Made by a program: the position numbers and the translations under genes. DNA of 64,000 bases. Source: Saprolegnia diclina VS20. Lineage: Eukaryota. The stretch is taken from NCBI RefSeq assembly GCF_000281045.1, contig NW_008246104.1, forward strand, positions 284,557-348,556, in the 5' to 3' direction. Position 1 is the first letter of the stretch, and each line of letters opens with the position of its first letter. Positions 59,285 to 64,000 of the stretch are shown piece after piece. Below the pieces are notes generated by a model. That model had not been told where the DNA came from, did no database searches, and worked only from the letters and a program-made list of their open reading frames with translations.

Positions 59285-62200
59285 ATGAAGAAGCAGCTCA
59301 ACAAGCTCTTCGGCGGCCTGCGCAAGCCGACCGAGGCCCATGATGGGAAGCCCGCGACGACGCCGCCACCTGCGCCCACGCCCCCGCCGGTCGTCGTCGC
59401 TGTCGATGTACGCTTCCTGCGCGATGGCCCGGCGCTCATGCGAGGCTAGGCGCGGCTCACCAAGATGACGCCACGCATGAAGGACATTGCGATGGCCTGC
59501 AAGCTCATGTACACGCTCTGCTCTTTATGGGCTTGCCATATGTTGCGTATCTAGGATCGCGGCAATGAAGCGTGATGGGACGAGCGCAGACGTCGCCAAG
59601 CTGGCCACGTCTGTCCAGACAGCGACCAAGGCTATCCTCGAGATGGCCGGTACGACGCCATCGTCCCAACATCTACAGGAAGAGATGCGTAGGCGACGGG
59701 TGCATCCAACAGTACTTTGCAAGCGATGCCGGCACAGCGTTCTGCGACCAGTCGACCTTCCCCGCACTCGTGGTCGAGACACTCGACCGCCTCCGGCTCT
59801 TCTTTGTCGTCGAGCACGTCCAGACGCTCGGTGCCTCAGAAAGCCCAATGGATCCACAGGTAGAGACCTGCATCACGACGCTCGGCGCATGCCTCCTCGC
59901 GCTCTGCGGCAACCCGCGGGTCATGGAGAGCTACCGCTGCGAGCTCGGGAACCTGCTTCGCCTCGTTGCCGAGATTTACACCCCGTCGTGCTACGGACTC
60001 CGATCCTCGATCAGCAACGCAATTGACGCCGCCACACTCAACGCCGGCGCGGTGTGGTACCTCCACGACTCGCGCGCGATTGAGCGGAGCCTTGCGACCA
60101 TGCGCCAGCTTACGTACGCCACCGCCGTGACATCGGCGAACGCTGCGACAGCGATCTCGACGCTGCACTCACTCGCGCTCGAGGCCGACGCGCCGCCTCT
60201 CGATACCCACTTGGCCGTGAGCCGCGCGCTCGGGCTCGTGCAAACAACAGCACCGGACGCGGTCGAGGAGGTACGGGCGCCCGAACATACCTTTACGCTC
60301 GCCAACCACGACGCGGCCGTGGGCCTGAGCGCGCTCATTCGCCTCGTTGTCGCAAGCGCCAAGCACGCGCTCATTCTCGTCCAAGATTTCCATGCGGCGC
60401 GCGGCTATGACGTGCTCTGGAGCGTGTACCGTTGCGCCAAGGAGAGCGCCGAGGCGCTCTACCGCATGCTCTTGCCCCTTGGCGACGGTCCCGAGAGCGT
60501 CCGCAACGAAGCCGCCATCGTCGCCTTGAAAGACCACGTTGTTGAAAAGCTTGACGACGAGCAGCGCGTCGGGCTCTTTGCGCTGCTGACGTGCGTGTAC
60601 ACGGGCGACGTGGCGACCTACACACGTCTCGAGCCCCGTCAGCACGTGCTGGCGTCGCTCGTCTCCAAGCTGCCGCAAGTCGCGTGGGCGGCCCAGCCGA
60701 GCGTTCTACTTGCTGTCGAAGCTGTCGGCGTCGTTGCTGACTTTGGTCTTGTCCGTGACAGCATCTCGGTGCTGTGCGCCTTGTGCATGGACGCTTCGAC
60801 ACAGGTCGTGTTTTGTCCATCTTCCAAGATGGAGAGCTCATTTGAATGGCGTAGGAGCTCGAGACGATCAGCGACCACAGCTTTGCGGTGCGCGCGTGCG
60901 GCACCTTGCGTCGCCTCCTTGATGCGGCACCGACCGAGCATCCGCTGCGAGCGTCGCTGGTCGAGTTTGGACTCGTCGATCGTGGACTCGTCGCCATGGT
61001 AGCCGCCACAGCCAACCGCTCACCCGAAGCACTCGCACCGGTGCGCCATGTGCTGCAAGCGTGGGCGGGCCTCGGCGCGGCTCTCTTCGTGCGCAATGCG
61101 GCCGCAGCAGCGCGTTGGCGACCGACCGACGCGCCGACGCACTTGGAGAAGCTTTTGAACGCCCTCATTCTCGACACAGAGACGTCGATGGCGCTAATAT
61201 CGATCCCTTGCACGCTGGCCGAGATCGATACGGACGACAATGTCATAGGGGATGTGGTGCGTGTCTTGGGCTTGTGCCAAACGTACAGCACCGATATGAC
61301 GCGCTTGGCACCGGCCGTCGCGCTTTTGCAGTGTCTCTTGACAGCCCACGAGCGCGTTCAGCGTCTCTATGTGTGTCGCGTACGAGGCATTGAAGCGCTC
61401 CTGGCGCTACTCTCGACACTGCCATGCGACGAAACACGCCTCCGAAACGAGCTCCTCAACATCCTCACCTTGCTCTGGCGCACACCCGACCTCTGCGACT
61501 ACACGTTCGCCAACGACTTGTACACTATGCTGGCGACGCATCTCGTGCGCTGGCTTGACGCGGATGGGGCTGCGCTCTTGGAGCTCGTGTTGGGCCTGGC
61601 ATTCGAGATACGCGAGGCGGAAGTCCACGTGCACCATGCGGCGGCCGTCTCCGTGCTCTGCCATCTTCTCGGAGCGGTGTCGTCGCCCGCCGAGTGGATT
61701 CACACGTGGTATACGAGCGTTCTGCAACGACTGCGATCGCCCGAGAAAGCGCAGCTCGTCGCGGCAGGTCTCTTCCGCTGGCTATTGCCGCTCGTGGTCG
61801 CGTCGCCCGACCCGGCTCTGTACGTGCCTCTTTTGCGCTGCATTGCCCACGACGCGATGCCGCTGCCGCAACTGCGCGACTGCTTGCGGGTCGTCCATGC
61901 GCTGCCGCCGTCTCTAGGCTTGGCCTTTCTGTACGAGCTCGTCAAAGCGCCGACTGTCCCGCACACGCGGTTTGGACCCAAAGCCTTGACGCACGTGGCG
62001 TCCGACAAGGTGTGGCCGACGACGTCGGGCTACTCGGTCGCGTGCTGGCTGCAATTTACGCCGCCGACAACATCCGTCGTCGCAAAGAACGTCACCACGT
62101 CGCTCGCGCTCTGCGAAGGCGTGCTCGAGTTTGACGACTGCGGACCCCAATACGCCGTCCTTGTCGGCTCAACGTTGACGTTATATGCCAACAAAGACGC

Positions 62201-64000
62201 GGCCGTCGCCGGCGCAACCGACGCTGTGACACTCGACGTGGTTGACGTCGTCACAGACAACTTGGACGACCCACTGGCGTTTGGCATCGTACCTCGGGGT
62301 GGTGCGGGGGCTATCCACGCACGCGCCGAGACGGACGCCGATTGGAACATGTGGCAGCGCGCGCTGGCGCAAGTCGCGTCGCCGCGCCCGATCGCGCCAC
62401 TTTTGTCGCTGTACGCCACCGACCAGCCGCTCTGCTACACTCGCATCTACTTTGACGGCAGCCTCCGCATCGACGCGGCGTCGTCGACGAAAAAGGCGTC
62501 AGTGGTCTTCAAGAACGTCGAAATGGGCCTCTTCCTCGGGAGTTGGCACCATATCGTGTTGACACACCGCAAATCGGTCGTCGGCAGCTCGCTCGTGACC
62601 TTGTACATTGACGGCGCCGAGGTGACGTCCAAGAAACTGCACTACCCCGCATCGCTCGCGCCCTCCGCACTCCGCGTGACGTTGGGGCACGACCCGCAGT
62701 GTCCGAGCGCGACCGCTGGGCACGACCTCTGTCTCGGCCCACTGTGGCTGCTCGCGGACGTCTTGCCGCCGATTGGCGCGACGGTCATGTTTCTCCAAGG
62801 CCCGAGTTTTGGCCATCGCTTCACGGGCAACTCAACGGCGTACGGAGCGTTGTACGATTGGACAGAGGCGGTGATGTGCCACTTGCTGCATCGTCTCTCG
62901 GGTCGCCGCGTGGACGTGAGTCGGGCCGCCAAGCGCCTCGGGTTGCTCAAGTGCCTTGCCTCGACCCAGCGCGAATGGGCACTGCCAACCCACGACAAGG
63001 TGGGCGACGACGACGAGGTCGCACCCATCGAGCTCGGTTTTCGAGCGTTCCTCGAGGCCAACTGCAAGCTCTCGACGCTGGGGCGCGAGGTTCTCCAGCT
63101 CGTGTCGAGCTTCAAGTGGCCCGACGACCTCGTGTTGTACGCGTCGCCGTGCATTGACGTCTTGCCGGAGAGCGTGCTGCCGCTGGATCTACCGCGGCGA
63201 CTACCGAGCCTCGGTGGTCTGCACGCGGTGCTCCTTCCGTGGTTTGCCAAAATCACCACCACGGACGAGATGGAGACAGCGCTGCGCGTTCTGGTACGAT
63301 GCCTCAAGGCGTCGGCGTCATTGCTCGCGGCCTTTCTGGAAACACACGGCCACCACTGGCTCGCCGCCTTTGCGCAGGCGCACAGCGCGCTTCTCGACGA
63401 CCGCGCCCTCCAGACATTGTGCAAAACCGCGATCTCTGGGTCCCTCAAACTCGATGTGGCGTGCATGGACGCTGCGTTCACGGCACGGGCCGACAAATTT
63501 CCGTTCCCCGTCGTCGTCAACGCCCATGCTATGACCCAGTTGGTCCTGAACCCACTCTTGCGGGGGTGTCTCTCAAGCTTGCTCCAGCACCTCTTGCTCC
63601 GTCTCGTCTCGTATCTCTTGCACCCGGTCAACCCCAACGCGCTCTTCAACGCAAGACAACTCCGTCACTGCAGCTTTGTGCAATGGCTTCTCGGGTATCT
63701 CGGCGCACTCACGCGCACGCCGCAGAGCGCCGAGGCGCCGTCGCTAATCGAGGCCGTGTTATGTCTCTTTCGCGCCTTCTTGGTCATGGAAGCGCACATT
63801 GACGACGCGATTGCTGTGTCCGACCGACTGCTCATGACGCTCGCCGATCCAAACGGCGGTGCGCTGCGGCGCTGTCTCTTGCGCCACATTCTGGCCGAGC
63901 TCGACGGACCGGGTTCCGTCCTTGGACGGACGCTCGTTGACGCGGTGGTGTTTCGTCTCGCGTCCGACAAGAAGATGAAAGCCAGTGTCCTTCCGCAATG
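59285..64000 (+). CDS. N-terminal part of a large BEACH-family (WDFY3/LvsA/SPIRRIG-like) protein; truncated by the window end
   Basis: Helical N-terminus (L.QDFH..RGY..L), then one long open frame from about 60856 to the window end with ConA-like motifs WPTTSGYSVACWL and WHHIVLTH...VTLYIDG. The BEACH domain itself is not within the window. Confidence 0.65.

Overview
Eukaryotic, gene-dense, GC-rich DNA with very short spliceosomal introns (mostly 41-51 nt where I traced them) and two assembly gaps. Gene content (delta-tubulin, M96-like and START-like families, WRKY19-like CxxHGGG zinc-finger protein, Inr/FPR-like promoter) points to an oomycete, most likely Saprolegniales; this is an inference, not a database result. 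About 35 protein-coding genes are recognisable. They include Nup93/Nic96, UFC1, SERINC, delta-tubulin, PP1 inhibitor-2, AGXT, a COMMD protein, a metallophosphoesterase, a truncated BEACH-type gene and several local duplicate sets. No tRNA, rRNA or CRISPR array was seen. The most notable signal is a tandem array of three atypical Ran GTPase paralogues with substitutions or deletions at normally near-invariant switch positions. Other notable items are a tail-to-tail prominin-like pair, an AGXT with a predicted C-terminal membrane anchor, a bZIP/START-like regulator with a Cys-Cys-rich N-terminus, and two orphan helical-repeat proteins sharing a C-terminal motif. Exon boundaries were read by eye and family calls rest on remembered motifs.
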